From NCBI GenBank assembly GCA_051439605.1, contig JBFRWN010000070.1, positions 16,168 through 80,167 on the forward strand: DNA of 64,000 bases, in the 5' to 3' direction. This stretch comes from Synechococcus sp. Its GTDB lineage: Bacteria; Cyanobacteriota; Cyanobacteriia; Thermostichales; PCC-7336. The notes beneath the pieces are model-generated. The model was not told the DNA's origin, ran no database searches, and saw only the letters and a program-made list of their open reading frames with translations. Both the position numbers and the translations under genes were made by a program. Below, in pieces: positions 1 to 9,743 of this stretch (positions are counted from its first letter, which is position 1; the number at the start of each line of letters is the position of its first letter).

Positions 1-542
1 GCTAGTCGAGCGGCTTCGGCGTCATTCCCTTCCTGTTGGGAACCGTCAGACCCCAGGCAGAACACAGTTTTTCCGGGGTTTGCAAAGGCTACGCCGTTGA
101 CGTAGGGCCACATGTGGCCAAGACGACCGGAGCTGAACTTAACGCCGGGGGTCAGGCCCAATTCGGGGTGTCCGGGCAGTTTGGAGTCCGCTAACCGATA
201 ACTCATTAACTGCTCGGCGGGCATAGACCCTTCCAGTACGGACATCAGGTACTGGGTGCCGACGCGGTGTCCGGCTTCGTCGAAGTAAATGGGGACAAAC
301 GTTTCGGGATTGCCACGGAATAGGGCATCCAAAATCATCACTTCGGGCACGGTATCGAAGGGGCCGCCCGTATGACCGCCAACGCCGTGGGCTGCACCAG
401 TCGCGGTAAAAAAGACGATTGCATCGCGGCACAGCTGAATATTAAATTCCAAAGCCTCTTTCTGATCGGGGGTCAGAGCGTGATTGGCGGGATCGAGGCT
501 GATGGACTTGTATGCACCGAGGTCAATCGGAAAGGCTGTCAT
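1..542 (-). CDS. Transketolase-like TPP-dependent enzyme, N-terminal part (runs off the window)
   Basis: Not in the ORF track. Manual translation from ATG at 542: MTAFPIDLGAYK...GGHTGG...DEAGHRV...LPGHPELG...SSGRLGH...LGSDGSQQEGNDAEAAR, containing transketolase-like GHP and GDG-like TPP motifs. Confidence 0.8.
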   Translation of the reverse strand, partial: MTAFPIDLGAYKSISLDPANHALTPDQKEALEFNIQLCRDAIVFFTATGAAHGVGGHTGGPFDTVPEVMILDALFRGNPETFVPIYFDEAGHRVGTQYLMSVLEGSMPAEQLMSYRLADSKLPGHPELGLTPGVKFSSGRLGHMWPYVNGVAFANPGKTVFCLGSDGSQQEGNDAEAARL

Positions 543-765
543 TGAAGAGGTTCCTTGCTTAAAACGGGCAACTTTTCTGTATTCGAGTGTAGGCGTTTGC
601 GATCGCTTATTGGTGTTGCATGGCTAACTCAGGTGGACACCATAAAACTGGAGGCAGATCCCCTCAAGGAACTTAGAGTTTTAAAAATACTACTTTAGTA
701 TTCAGAATCGTCCAAAAGCGATCGGACAAGTCGCACTTCAACTCTTTATCACGAACCTGCAGAAT

Positions 766-1548
766 ATGAAAAATCAAAACTTAGCTCGCCGGTTAAAGAC
801 CTTAGACAATGTCTCTCCAAAAAATAAACGCTTACTGCTTCTGGCCGGACTGATTGGAGGTGTTCTTGTGGTGGCTGGGAGTTTAGTGGGCGATCGCCCT
901 GAAGTACTTGCAGTCGATAAGCTGATTCATTTTTCAGCCTACGGTACCCTTGCCGCAGTATTTGTCCTGGCGCTAAACCTGCGCTGGTGCATGTATCCTT
1001 TGATTTGGCTGACCCTATTGAGCTGTCTGATTGAACTCATACAACCGCTCAACACACGTTCGTTTGAGTTGGGAGATGCCATTGCAAATATTGTAGGGGT
1101 GATTGCTGGTGCGTCTATTGGATTGGTCATTCGGTATTGGTACAAGTATTTGAAAACGGAAATGGATGCTGTCCGCATTGAGAAAAATGTCATGACTTTC
1201 CCAGCTGGAACCACTTTGGTAGAGGAAGGGCAAAGGCTAGAATTGTTTTTCACTATCCAGAAGGGGTCGGTAATTCTCTACAAGCAACAAAACGGCAAGC
1301 AGGTTGAAGTGACGCGATTAGGGGAAGGCGAGATGTTTGGGTTATTGCCTGAAATTTTGAAGGTGCCTCAATATACAACCGTTGTGGCAGAAACTTCCGT
1401 GCAAGTCTATCCCATTGATTACGATGTTCTGATTCGAGACATAGGAGGTCCTAAACAACCCCTCGGTATTCTCATTATTTCCATGGCGGAAGAAATACGA
1501 AAACTCAGTCAAACCGTATCGGAACTGAGAGTGTCACAAGACCTGTAA
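766..1548 (+). CDS. VanZ-like membrane domain fused to a cyclic-nucleotide-binding (CAP_ED) domain
   Basis: DKLIHFSAYG...IELIQP...RSFELGDAIAN is VanZ-like; EEGQ...IQKGSV...LGEGEMFG matches the cNMP fold. Confidence 0.75.
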   Translation: MKNQNLARRLKTLDNVSPKNKRLLLLAGLIGGVLVVAGSLVGDRPEVLAVDKLIHFSAYGTLAAVFVLALNLRWCMYPLIWLTLLSCLIELIQPLNTRSFELGDAIANIVGVIAGASIGLVIRYWYKYLKTEMDAVRIEKNVMTFPAGTTLVEEGQRLELFFTIQKGSVILYKQQNGKQVEVTRLGEGEMFGLLPEILKVPQYTTVVAETSVQVYPIDYDVLIRDIGGPKQPLGILIISMAEEIRKLSQTVSELRVSQDL

Positions 1549-1594
1549 TTGACTTGGGTACGCCTATCGAGAGGTTTTGCGATGAGGCGATCGT

Positions 1595-2593
1595 TCATAA
1601 CCCTCTCTCTTCGATCGACAACACTGCTGCCCCCCGAATCTGCCCCGATCGCAGTGCTGCCAACGCTTCATTGCCTCGCTCTAACGGAAATACCTGAACA
1701 TCAGTCTTCACCGGTACTTGAGGCGCAATCTCCAAGAACTCTTCTCCATCCTTTCGGGTCAGATTTGCCACTGATTTCACCACCCGCTCTCCCCACAGAT
1801 AGCGGTAGGGAAATGAGGGAATATCGCTCATGTGAATGCCCGCGCACACCACCGTTCCTCCCTTTGACACTGCCTGTAATGCAGTCGGAACCAACGAGCC
1901 TACCGGGGCAAAAATGATTGCTGCATCCAACTTTGTTGGAGGCGCTTCCTCCGATCCACCTGCCCATGTTGCACCCAGTCGGCGGGCAAAATCCTGCCCC
2001 TGGCGATCGCCCGGTCGCGTAAAGGCAAACACCTCTTTCTTCTGAAAGCGTGCAACTTGAATCAGGATGTGGGCGGCAGCACCAAAGCCGTAGAATCCCA
2101 GCCGCTCTGCATCTCCAGTCATCCGTAGGGAACGAAAGCCAATCAACCCCGCACAGAGCAGAGGAGCGGCCTGTAGGTCGGGATATCCAGCGGGAATAGG
2201 GAAACAGAAATCTGCGTCGGCCACCGCGTATTCGGCATAACCCCCATCGATTTGATAGCCCGTGAACAGGGCGCGATCGCAGAGATTTTCCCGTTGAGTG
2301 CGGCAGTAGGCACAGGTGTGGCAGGTTTGTCCCAGCCAAGGTACTCCGACGCGATCGCCAACGTTTAGTCCTTTAACGGTGCTGCCCAGGGATTCCACAA
2401 TGCCGACAATTTGGTGGCCGGGAATCAGAGGAAGCTTGGGATGCTCTAATTCCCCATCTACGATGTGCAGGTCGGTACGGCAAACACCACAGGCGAGGAC
2501 CCGTAATAATACTTGCTCGGAGCTCGGAGTAGGAATGGGGCGCTCGACCAATTGTAGAGGAGCATGAGGGCGATCGAAGATTAGAGCACGCAT
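1595..2593 (-). CDS. Zinc-dependent alcohol dehydrogenase family protein
   Basis: CGVCRTDLH, PGHQIVG and structural zinc cysteines CHTCAYC...NLC. Confidence 0.92.
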   Translation of the reverse strand: MRALIFDRPHAPLQLVERPIPTPSSEQVLLRVLACGVCRTDLHIVDGELEHPKLPLIPGHQIVGIVESLGSTVKGLNVGDRVGVPWLGQTCHTCAYCRTQRENLCDRALFTGYQIDGGYAEYAVADADFCFPIPAGYPDLQAAPLLCAGLIGFRSLRMTGDAERLGFYGFGAAAHILIQVARFQKKEVFAFTRPGDRQGQDFARRLGATWAGGSEEAPPTKLDAAIIFAPVGSLVPTALQAVSKGGTVVCAGIHMSDIPSFPYRYLWGERVVKSVANLTRKDGEEFLEIAPQVPVKTDVQVFPLERGNEALAALRSGQIRGAAVLSIEERGL

Positions 2594-2980
2594 GATGCAA
2601 GTCGGTGTAATGCGACGCTACACCTTCATACTGGCCTTAAAGGTGTTGTCTCAGTTCTGAAGAAGTGCTTGACTTCACAAACAGACACCGTACATGAGAT
2701 TTATTGACCGATGTATGGGTTTCAGCCCTGTTGAAAAGCGATCGCCCACAGTTCCTATGGTTATGCAGTATTGCTTGGTAGTACCGGGTATCTTGAAAAA
2801 ATGTGCAATCTAAATCTTGTAACAGCAGATCTAATCATCTGTTGGTGCGATCGACGGGTTGACTTTAGATGTGAAGCTACTCTTGTTATCGAGCGTTGAG
2901 ATCTGGACTCTTCATGGAGTGAATTCTCAACTTTCCTGAATTGGCTTTCGAGTTGCAGTATTTCTGCCAGAAGTGAGCAT

Positions 2981-5900
2981 ATGCGGAACACATCCCCATT
3001 TAAATCCTGGGCTCATCAATACCAAAAGTGGTTCAACTCGTTAATTGGCGATCGCCTAGCTCTAGACCAGTTACGTTGGTTGCCCTTTGCGATCGGTGGC
3101 GGAGTGGCTGTGACGGGTATAACGGTAGCCCTACAGCTGAGACAGCTGGAACAAGAGCGTCTCCACAGCACAATACAAATCCAAGTCGAGCAGTTTGCCG
3201 ATAAACTAACCAATCTTTGGCAAAATCGCCTTCTCACTGTTCAACATATAGGGAGTATGTCTGCCCGCCAGCATAACGCTCTATCGGAAGCACAATATCA
3301 CCATGATTCCGAGATCCTATTTGGACCTTTTCCAGACACAATCGCGTTGGCAAAGCTCGATCGAGAAGGTAACTTGCAACATGTCATTGCCCATTCTGAG
3401 GGAGATCGAGACTCTGTTGAGTCTACGATTCAATCTCCCGATATCGCCAAGCTGGTGCGCGATCGAGAACCTCAAGACGCCATCCTTACACGCCACGAAG
3501 AGTGGATGTTGGCTTATAGTCCTATTGTGAGGGAGGGAACCTACTCTGGTGCATTAATAGCAGTATTTGACTACCGCAGCCTACTTGAAAAGACGTTCTC
3601 CCTTACTTCGCTAGAGTCTCTTGCAGTTGTCACCATCACCTGCAATGGCAAACCCTTTTGGAGTAACGGACAAACTACGACTACAGACGAACTTCCCATT
3701 GAAGAAAAGTTCGGTTATGCCAAACACACCTTTGGGATAACAGCACTTCCGCAGCAAAGTACCTTACTAAGTTGGCACTATGGCTCCTTCATTGTGGGAG
3801 GAGGCAGTCTAGCATTTGGTGCAATACTTGCTGGCATGCTGGCTCTGTGGCAAACCTCTTACCGTCGATACCGTAGAGCTACAGACATTAACCAGCAGCT
3901 CGATATCGAGATAGAGGCTCACAAACAAGCCAGAGTTGAGCTGACCAAAAGAAAGAAACAACTTCGAATGGTGCTGGACAATTCCCTGGCATCCATCTTT
4001 CAAAAAGATAGCGATCTCAGGTACGTATTGGTTAACCGGCAGTTTGCCAACCTTTGCGGTCTTGAAATCCATCAGCTACTGGGGAAGCGCGATACCGATC
4101 TATTCCCTGCAGAAATCGCCGAGCCTTTAGAAAACAACGATCGTCAAGTATTGAACTCGAAACAAGCCCACTGTTTTGAAGAAGAATTGATGTTCGCAGG
4201 AAATCAGCGGACTCACTTGACTTCCATCAGTCCGTTAACGGGAGAAACAGGAGAGGTATACGGCATTTGTGGAGTATCGATCGATGTTAGCGAACGCAAG
4301 CTGGTGGAGAATCGGCTGCAGGCTGCGTACAAACAATTAGATTTACAGTTCGATTGCGCCCCAATTGCCATCATTGAATGGGATGCTCAGTGCCGAATCA
4401 CGCGATGGTCCCGCCAGGCAGAACATCTCTTTGGATGGACCTCCGAAGAACAAATGGGAAGACACTGGGGCGATAGCCACCTGCATCTTTCGGAGGAGGC
4501 GGTGCAGGTTAACAGAATATTGCAACGCCTCCTGTCTGGAGCAGAGGACACTGTTGTTAAAACACAATCCAACATCACAAAATCGGGGACAGTATTGCTG
4601 TGTGAATGGCATCACTCTGTGCTGCGGGATGATAGCGGTCAAGTGGTTTCTCTGCTGTCTATGGGACTTGATATTACCGCCCGTCACCAAGCCACTCTAG
4701 CTTTGCAAGCCAGTGAAAAGGGATTGCGGCAGCTTACCGAGAACATTCACGAGGTGTTCTGGATTTCGGATCCGCAATCTCACAAAACGTTGTACGTCAG
4801 CCCCGCCTACGAGGAAATCTGGGGACGGCAGAGGGAGGAACTTCTTAACAATCCTGACATCTTGATTCAGTCCATTCATCCTGACGATCGCCAAGCCATT
4901 CTAGACAGTTATTTTTTGCAAAAACAGGCGGGCCAGGAAACAGAGGCTGAATACCGCATTGTGAAACCCAATGGCAAGATACGCTGGATTCGCGATCGCG
5001 CTTTTCCAGTGTATGGAGGTAGTGGAAAATTACTGCGCGTTGTGGGCTTGGCAGAAGATGTCACCGAAACTAAACAGGCCAAGATTGCATTGCAGCGCAA
5101 AAAACGACAACAGAAACTTATTGCCATTATTGGTCAGCACATTCGTCGCTCCCTGGATGTGAACACAATACTTCAATCTACGGTGGAGGAAGTTAGGCAC
5201 ATTCTAAAGTGCGATCGGGCCATCATTTATGAATTTGACTCCGATTGGAACGGCACGATCGCGATGGAGTCGGTCGATGTCGGCGTTACATCTCTGCTTG
5301 GGAAGACCTTTGAGGATACCTGTCTAGCGCAAACCTCTTGTCTCTATGCCTATGCCAATGGGCAACGCATCCAAGCGATCGCAGATATCTTCGAAGCGGG
5401 TCTAGACGACTGTTATCTAAAGCTCTTGGCCAGTTGCGAAGTCAGAGCAAACCTCGTGGTACCCATCGTTTTTGAACGAGAACTCTGGGGACTTTTGATT
5501 GCCCAACATTGTCGCGCTCCTAGACATTGGGAAGACTCCGAGGTGGATCTACTGAAGCAAATTGCCAACCAAGCGGGAATTGCCATCCAACACAGCCAGT
5601 TGCTGACCCAAGCTCAACAGCAAGCCCAACAGCAACTGTTGCTCAATCAATTGATTCGCAACATTCGTGACAGTCTCGATCGATCGACCGTTCTACAACA
5701 GGCTGCGGATTCTCTGCGCATTGCACTCAACGCTAGTCGGTGCTGCATTAGTTTATGCAACCCTGAAGATGACTTTTTCACAGTTGAATATTCTTCCAAC
5801 GCTTTAGGAATACTCGATATTCGAGGTCGGTCCGTCCCCATAGCTGGCAATCCTCACACCCAGAAAGTAATTAACAGCGATGCTGTCGTAGCTGTTGATG

Positions 5901-7459
5901 ATGTGAACCAAAGTGACCTGATGCAGGGAAAAGGCAGAGAAGCCGCACATCAGCTTGAAATCGGGGCAATTATCGCTACTGCAGTCCGTACAGAGCAACA
6001 GTTCATTGGGGTAATCTCGGTACACCGCACCAATCCCCATCGCTGGGCCGATCGCGAGCTTTCGCTCCTGAAGCAAGTTGCCGATCAACTAGCCGTAGCT
6101 ATCAATCAGGCAACCCTATACGATCGCGTTCAAACCTTGAACGAACAGCTGGAACAGAAGGTCGAACAAAGAACGGCTCAGGTGAGTCAAGCGCTGAAGT
6201 ACGAAGCAACACTCAATCGGATTACCGATAAGGTGCGAGAGAGTCTGGATGAAGAACAGATCTTGCAAGTCGCTCTGCAGGAACTGACGTCTGTTTTAGA
6301 CTTGCTTTATTGCAATACTGCTGCTTACGATAACGAGGCAAAAGTCGCACAGTTAAACCACGAATATTCCTCCCTCGATGCCTCCTTTTCCCAGGCAGTT
6401 GGACAAACTGTTTTGATGGAGGATTTTCCAGATCGGTTTAAACAGATTTATAACCGCGAGCCCTTTCAATTTTGCGAACTAAAGCCATCTTTCAATCGTC
6501 CACATGCGAGCATACTATGCCTCCCGATCGCCGACAATCAAGAGGTTTTGGGAGATATTTGGGCGTTCCGTACATCAGATAGATCGTTTACCGACCAGGA
6601 AGTTCGCATCGCCCAACAGGTGGCAAATCAATGCGCGATCGCTATTCGCCAAGCTCGACTCTATAAAGCTGCCCAGGCCAGGGTGGAAGAACTCGATCGC
6701 CTACATCTGATGAAAGATGATTTCCTCAGCACGGTCTCTCATGAACTGCGCTCTCCTGTGGCAAACATCAAGCTTTCCCTCGACATTCTTCAGGTCGCGC
6801 TAGATAAGATGAAGCAGGCCAGTGACGCAAAAGAGCACGATCGAATGGAGAAAAAAGTTCAGAAATATCTTGAAGTGTTGAATATTGAATGCGATCGCGA
6901 AATTTCTTTGATTAAAGACTTATTGGATCTGCAAAGGCTAGAAGCAGGAACAGAGACGCTTGAGTGGGAATTCGTTAATCTCAAGAGTTGGTTACCTCAT
7001 ATTATTTTGCCATTTGTTGAACGAGCAAAACAGAACAATCAAACCTTAGCCTACGATTTTCCCTCAAATATGGATGGATTAGTCACCGATATGCCAAGCC
7101 TTCAGAGGATTCTGACGGAGCTGCTGACCAATGCTTGTAAGTACACACCTCCCAAAGAATCTATTATTGTGAAGGCATATAGTCACGACGAGCGGTTTAC
7201 GTTTCAAATCACCAACACTGGGGTGGAAATTCCAGAGCGTGAACTTCCCTTAGTCTTTGACAAGTTTTATCGCATTGTTGAAGTCGATCGCTGGAAACAG
7301 GGGGGAACAGGGCTAGGACTCGCCTTAATTAAGCGGCTGACCGAAGAAATTGGTGGAGCAATTAGAGCGTGTAGTAGTGACAACCAGACTACCTTCATAA
7401 TTGAACTACCAAATCGCATAGATATGTTGGTATCTCAGCCAGCTGTCTTAGCAGGTTAA
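2981..7459 (+). CDS. Membrane multi-sensor histidine kinase: TM-periplasmic-TM, 3 PAS, 3 GAF (first is a cyanobacteriochrome GAF), HisKA, HATPase
   Basis: PAS/PAC motifs (EYRIVKPNGKIRWIRD), GAF NLVVPI...LWGLLIAQHC, H-box FLSTVSHELRSP, ELLTNACKY and GTGLGL. Confidence 0.92.
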   Translation: MRNTSPFKSWAHQYQKWFNSLIGDRLALDQLRWLPFAIGGGVAVTGITVALQLRQLEQERLHSTIQIQVEQFADKLTNLWQNRLLTVQHIGSMSARQHNALSEAQYHHDSEILFGPFPDTIALAKLDREGNLQHVIAHSEGDRDSVESTIQSPDIAKLVRDREPQDAILTRHEEWMLAYSPIVREGTYSGALIAVFDYRSLLEKTFSLTSLESLAVVTITCNGKPFWSNGQTTTTDELPIEEKFGYAKHTFGITALPQQSTLLSWHYGSFIVGGGSLAFGAILAGMLALWQTSYRRYRRATDINQQLDIEIEAHKQARVELTKRKKQLRMVLDNSLASIFQKDSDLRYVLVNRQFANLCGLEIHQLLGKRDTDLFPAEIAEPLENNDRQVLNSKQAHCFEEELMFAGNQRTHLTSISPLTGETGEVYGICGVSIDVSERKLVENRLQAAYKQLDLQFDCAPIAIIEWDAQCRITRWSRQAEHLFGWTSEEQMGRHWGDSHLHLSEEAVQVNRILQRLLSGAEDTVVKTQSNITKSGTVLLCEWHHSVLRDDSGQVVSLLSMGLDITARHQATLALQASEKGLRQLTENIHEVFWISDPQSHKTLYVSPAYEEIWGRQREELLNNPDILIQSIHPDDRQAILDSYFLQKQAGQETEAEYRIVKPNGKIRWIRDRAFPVYGGSGKLLRVVGLAEDVTETKQAKIALQRKKRQQKLIAIIGQHIRRSLDVNTILQSTVEEVRHILKCDRAIIYEFDSDWNGTIAMESVDVGVTSLLGKTFEDTCLAQTSCLYAYANGQRIQAIADIFEAGLDDCYLKLLASCEVRANLVVPIVFERELWGLLIAQHCRAPRHWEDSEVDLLKQIANQAGIAIQHSQLLTQAQQQAQQQLLLNQLIRNIRDSLDRSTVLQQAADSLRIALNASRCCISLCNPEDDFFTVEYSSNALGILDIRGRSVPIAGNPHTQKVINSDAVVAVDDVNQSDLMQGKGREAAHQLEIGAIIATAVRTEQQFIGVISVHRTNPHRWADRELSLLKQVADQLAVAINQATLYDRVQTLNEQLEQKVEQRTAQVSQALKYEATLNRITDKVRESLDEEQILQVALQELTSVLDLLYCNTAAYDNEAKVAQLNHEYSSLDASFSQAVGQTVLMEDFPDRFKQIYNREPFQFCELKPSFNRPHASILCLPIADNQEVLGDIWAFRTSDRSFTDQEVRIAQQVANQCAIAIRQARLYKAAQARVEELDRLHLMKDDFLSTVSHELRSPVANIKLSLDILQVALDKMKQASDAKEHDRMEKKVQKYLEVLNIECDREISLIKDLLDLQRLEAGTETLEWEFVNLKSWLPHIILPFVERAKQNNQTLAYDFPSNMDGLVTDMPSLQRILTELLTNACKYTPPKESIIVKAYSHDERFTFQITNTGVEIPERELPLVFDKFYRIVEVDRWKQGGTGLGLALIKRLTEEIGGAIRACSSDNQTTFIIELPNRIDMLVSQPAVLAG

Positions 7460-7553
7460 TCCAGAGAAGCCAGCATGATTGAGAACTAGTCTGAATCCAT
7501 CAATATCCACTTGAATATCCCTATAGTCCAGATAATTATTCGAGTAGAAGAGA

Positions 7554-8288
7554 ATGACTACCTCCAGATTAGGACTTGATGGATGTCGTGCGGGGTGGAT
7601 TGCTTTTTCTGTTTCGCCACACCAACTGCACCATCATTTACTGGAAACGCGACAGCAGCTCTTAGCTCTGTTGAACGATGCCTCGTTAACCTTCATCGAT
7701 ATGCCGATTGGGCTTTCGGATAGTGAAGCAAGCCGCAGGTGCGATCGACTGTTACGTCAGGCTCTTGGGCCCAACTTTCGGTCCAGCGTTTTCAATCCGC
7801 CGGTCAGAGCAGCTGTATATTCCGATAGTTATTTCGAAGCCTGCGATCGCAACGCAGCAGTCACGGGCAAAAAAATCTCTAAACAGTCTTGGAACATTAC
7901 TGCAAAGATCCGTCTGCTGGATGGACTTCTGCAGCAGCATCCTCCACTAAGGGAGACGGTACTCGAAAGCCACCCAGAGTTCCTGTTCTTCCAGCTCAAT
8001 GGTGGCAGGTCTTTATTGAACAAGAAGAAGACACCGGCAGGCAAGGAGGAAAGGCTCGCGATACTTGAAAGATGCTGGCCAGGGGTGTCATCTGCCTTTG
8101 GACTAGCGCGATCGCAGCATCTCAAAAAGCAGGTGGCCGATGACGACATTGTGGATGCATTGGGACTAGCCATTGGTGCACATCTGGCCCATCAGGGGGG
8201 AGTGCTCAGCCTACCCTCACCCATTGATGTAGATTCTGCAGGTATTCCGATGGGGATTCATTACTGTAACCGAGTGACGGCCCAATAG
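7554..8288 (+). CDS. DUF429-family protein (predicted RNase H-fold nuclease)
   Basis: LGLDGCRAGW, FIDMPIGL, RRCDR, SSVF.PP, ESHPE and DDIVDA motifs. Confidence 0.85.
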   Translation: MTTSRLGLDGCRAGWIAFSVSPHQLHHHLLETRQQLLALLNDASLTFIDMPIGLSDSEASRRCDRLLRQALGPNFRSSVFNPPVRAAVYSDSYFEACDRNAAVTGKKISKQSWNITAKIRLLDGLLQQHPPLRETVLESHPEFLFFQLNGGRSLLNKKKTPAGKEERLAILERCWPGVSSAFGLARSQHLKKQVADDDIVDALGLAIGAHLAHQGGVLSLPSPIDVDSAGIPMGIHYCNRVTAQ

Positions 8289-8529
8289 ATGGGGATAGCC
8301 GAACTTGAAACTCGTATAGTCCAGATAATTATTTGAGATAACTCCCTACTTTCTTGCCATCCACTAGTGAATGCGCCTAGGCGAATGTATAACTCAGTGT
8401 TTTTTAGTTTCGACCCCCGATGCATGACTGTATTGCTTCCTCGGGCATCGCTTTACGTCGCATCACACTCTACTCACTCCATATGTACTGCCTACCCTTG
8501 GATATGTTCCGACCTCGGACTCTACCCAA

Positions 8530-8562
8530 ATAGTCCAGATAAGTGAGAGTTATCTGGACTAT
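8530..8562. other. Perfect inverted repeat, 13-bp arms with 7-bp asymmetric spacer (candidate recombinase core or protein-binding site)
   Basis: ATAGTCCAGATAA-GTGAGAG-TTATCTGGACTAT seen directly; the function is inferred only. Confidence 0.6.
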
Positions 8563-9221
8563 CAATATGGCCGCAGGCTGAAATGCTTGCTGTATATGGC
8601 TTTTTAGGAAACTCTTTCCGCTAAAAAATGACCGGATTGAGGTGCAAGCAGAGGCGATCGCTCCCATAGGGCTTTCTCTTGCACAAAGCTCAAGTCACTT
8701 GATGGTTCGCCTTTATACGTTTATCGTCAGTCCAACGACCTTGGGCGAGCTATTGCTTTCATCATCTTGTCCAGATCCTTTCGTTCAGTCTTCTCCCTAG
8801 TTGCTCGTACCCAGCAGTGGACTTAGGAAAACCGAATAATTATCTGGACTATCGGTAGCCACATCGTAAGAAATCTAAGTCCGCCGTCCCCCACGATTTT
8901 TTTCCTCAGTTGTATGGAAAGGCTTCGTTGAGCTAAATATCAGCCGATTAAATAGCCAAGCAACTGCTTGCCCCTTAAGCTCTTATGAAACAGCTTCGAT
9001 CCTCTGCATTGGCCGGAAAAATTATCTGGACTATCTATGTTAAATTGCACAGCTAGTACCAGCGGGAGCATTTGAGTTGAACTATGGGCCTCTCTAGCAA
9101 TTGACAAGCGCGATGGGTACTCAGCCCCTCCCCTTATTAGGAATAGAGCTTGTAGCCCTGACTGAGATGCAACAAGTATCAGTAGAAATTTGATGTTCGG
9201 ACTGGAATTCAAATGCAAATC

Positions 9222-9743
9222 TTAGACGGTTGCCGCTGTTTCTTCTGTGGTTAACTCCTGAGTGGAACTTGCACTGTTCTGAATAACCAACACCGAGCAA
9301 GAGGCATGATGGAGCACGTAATTACTGACGCTGCCCATCAACAATTCACCGATCGCCCCCAATCCTCGGCGTCCTATCACGATCGTGTCGGCCCCCCACT
9401 CTTCAGCAATTTCGCAAATGGTTTTCCCCGGCTCTCCAAACCGGTGACTGTACTCCACATCCACTTGGGCATCCGGAGCGCGTTCTGCATATTCCTGTAC
9501 GGCCTTAGATGTCCGATCCGCAAATGATTTCAGTAATTCCAATCCCAACCGATGCATTTCTGCAGTTTCCCGTAAAAATAGCGAGAGATCTTGCATATCT
9601 GTCCCCAACGCCATTCCTTCAAACAAAGACGTGACGTTCAATAGCAGCGTTTGTGCCCCCATTGCCTCTGCGAGCGCCACCCCCTGTTCAAATACCACTT
9701 CGCTGAATTCGGACTTATCTAGAGCTATCAAAATTCGTTTCAT
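9222..9743 (-). CDS. Universal stress protein (UspA family)
   Basis: MKRILIALD start at 9743 (the track ORF is over-extended to 9914); GEPGKTIC...IVIGRRG...LMGSVSNYVLHHASCSVLV. Confidence 0.92.
   Translation of the reverse strand: MKRILIALDKSEFSEVVFEQGVALAEAMGAQTLLLNVTSLFEGMALGTDMQDLSLFLRETAEMHRLGLELLKSFADRTSKAVQEYAERAPDAQVDVEYSHRFGEPGKTICEIAEEWGADTIVIGRRGLGAIGELLMGSVSNYVLHHASCSVLVIQNSASSTQELTTEETAATV

Noticed and set aside
8530..8562. Protelomerase (telRL-like) site or DnaA-box oriC
   Set aside because: The palindrome has a 7-bp asymmetric spacer rather than continuous central symmetry, no telomere resolvase is in the window, and the motif does not fit TTWTNCACA.
8470..9218. Short ORFs 8470-8667 and 8940-9218 inside the repeat gap
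   Set aside because: No recognisable motifs or ribosome-binding sites; they look like chance frames running through the repeats.
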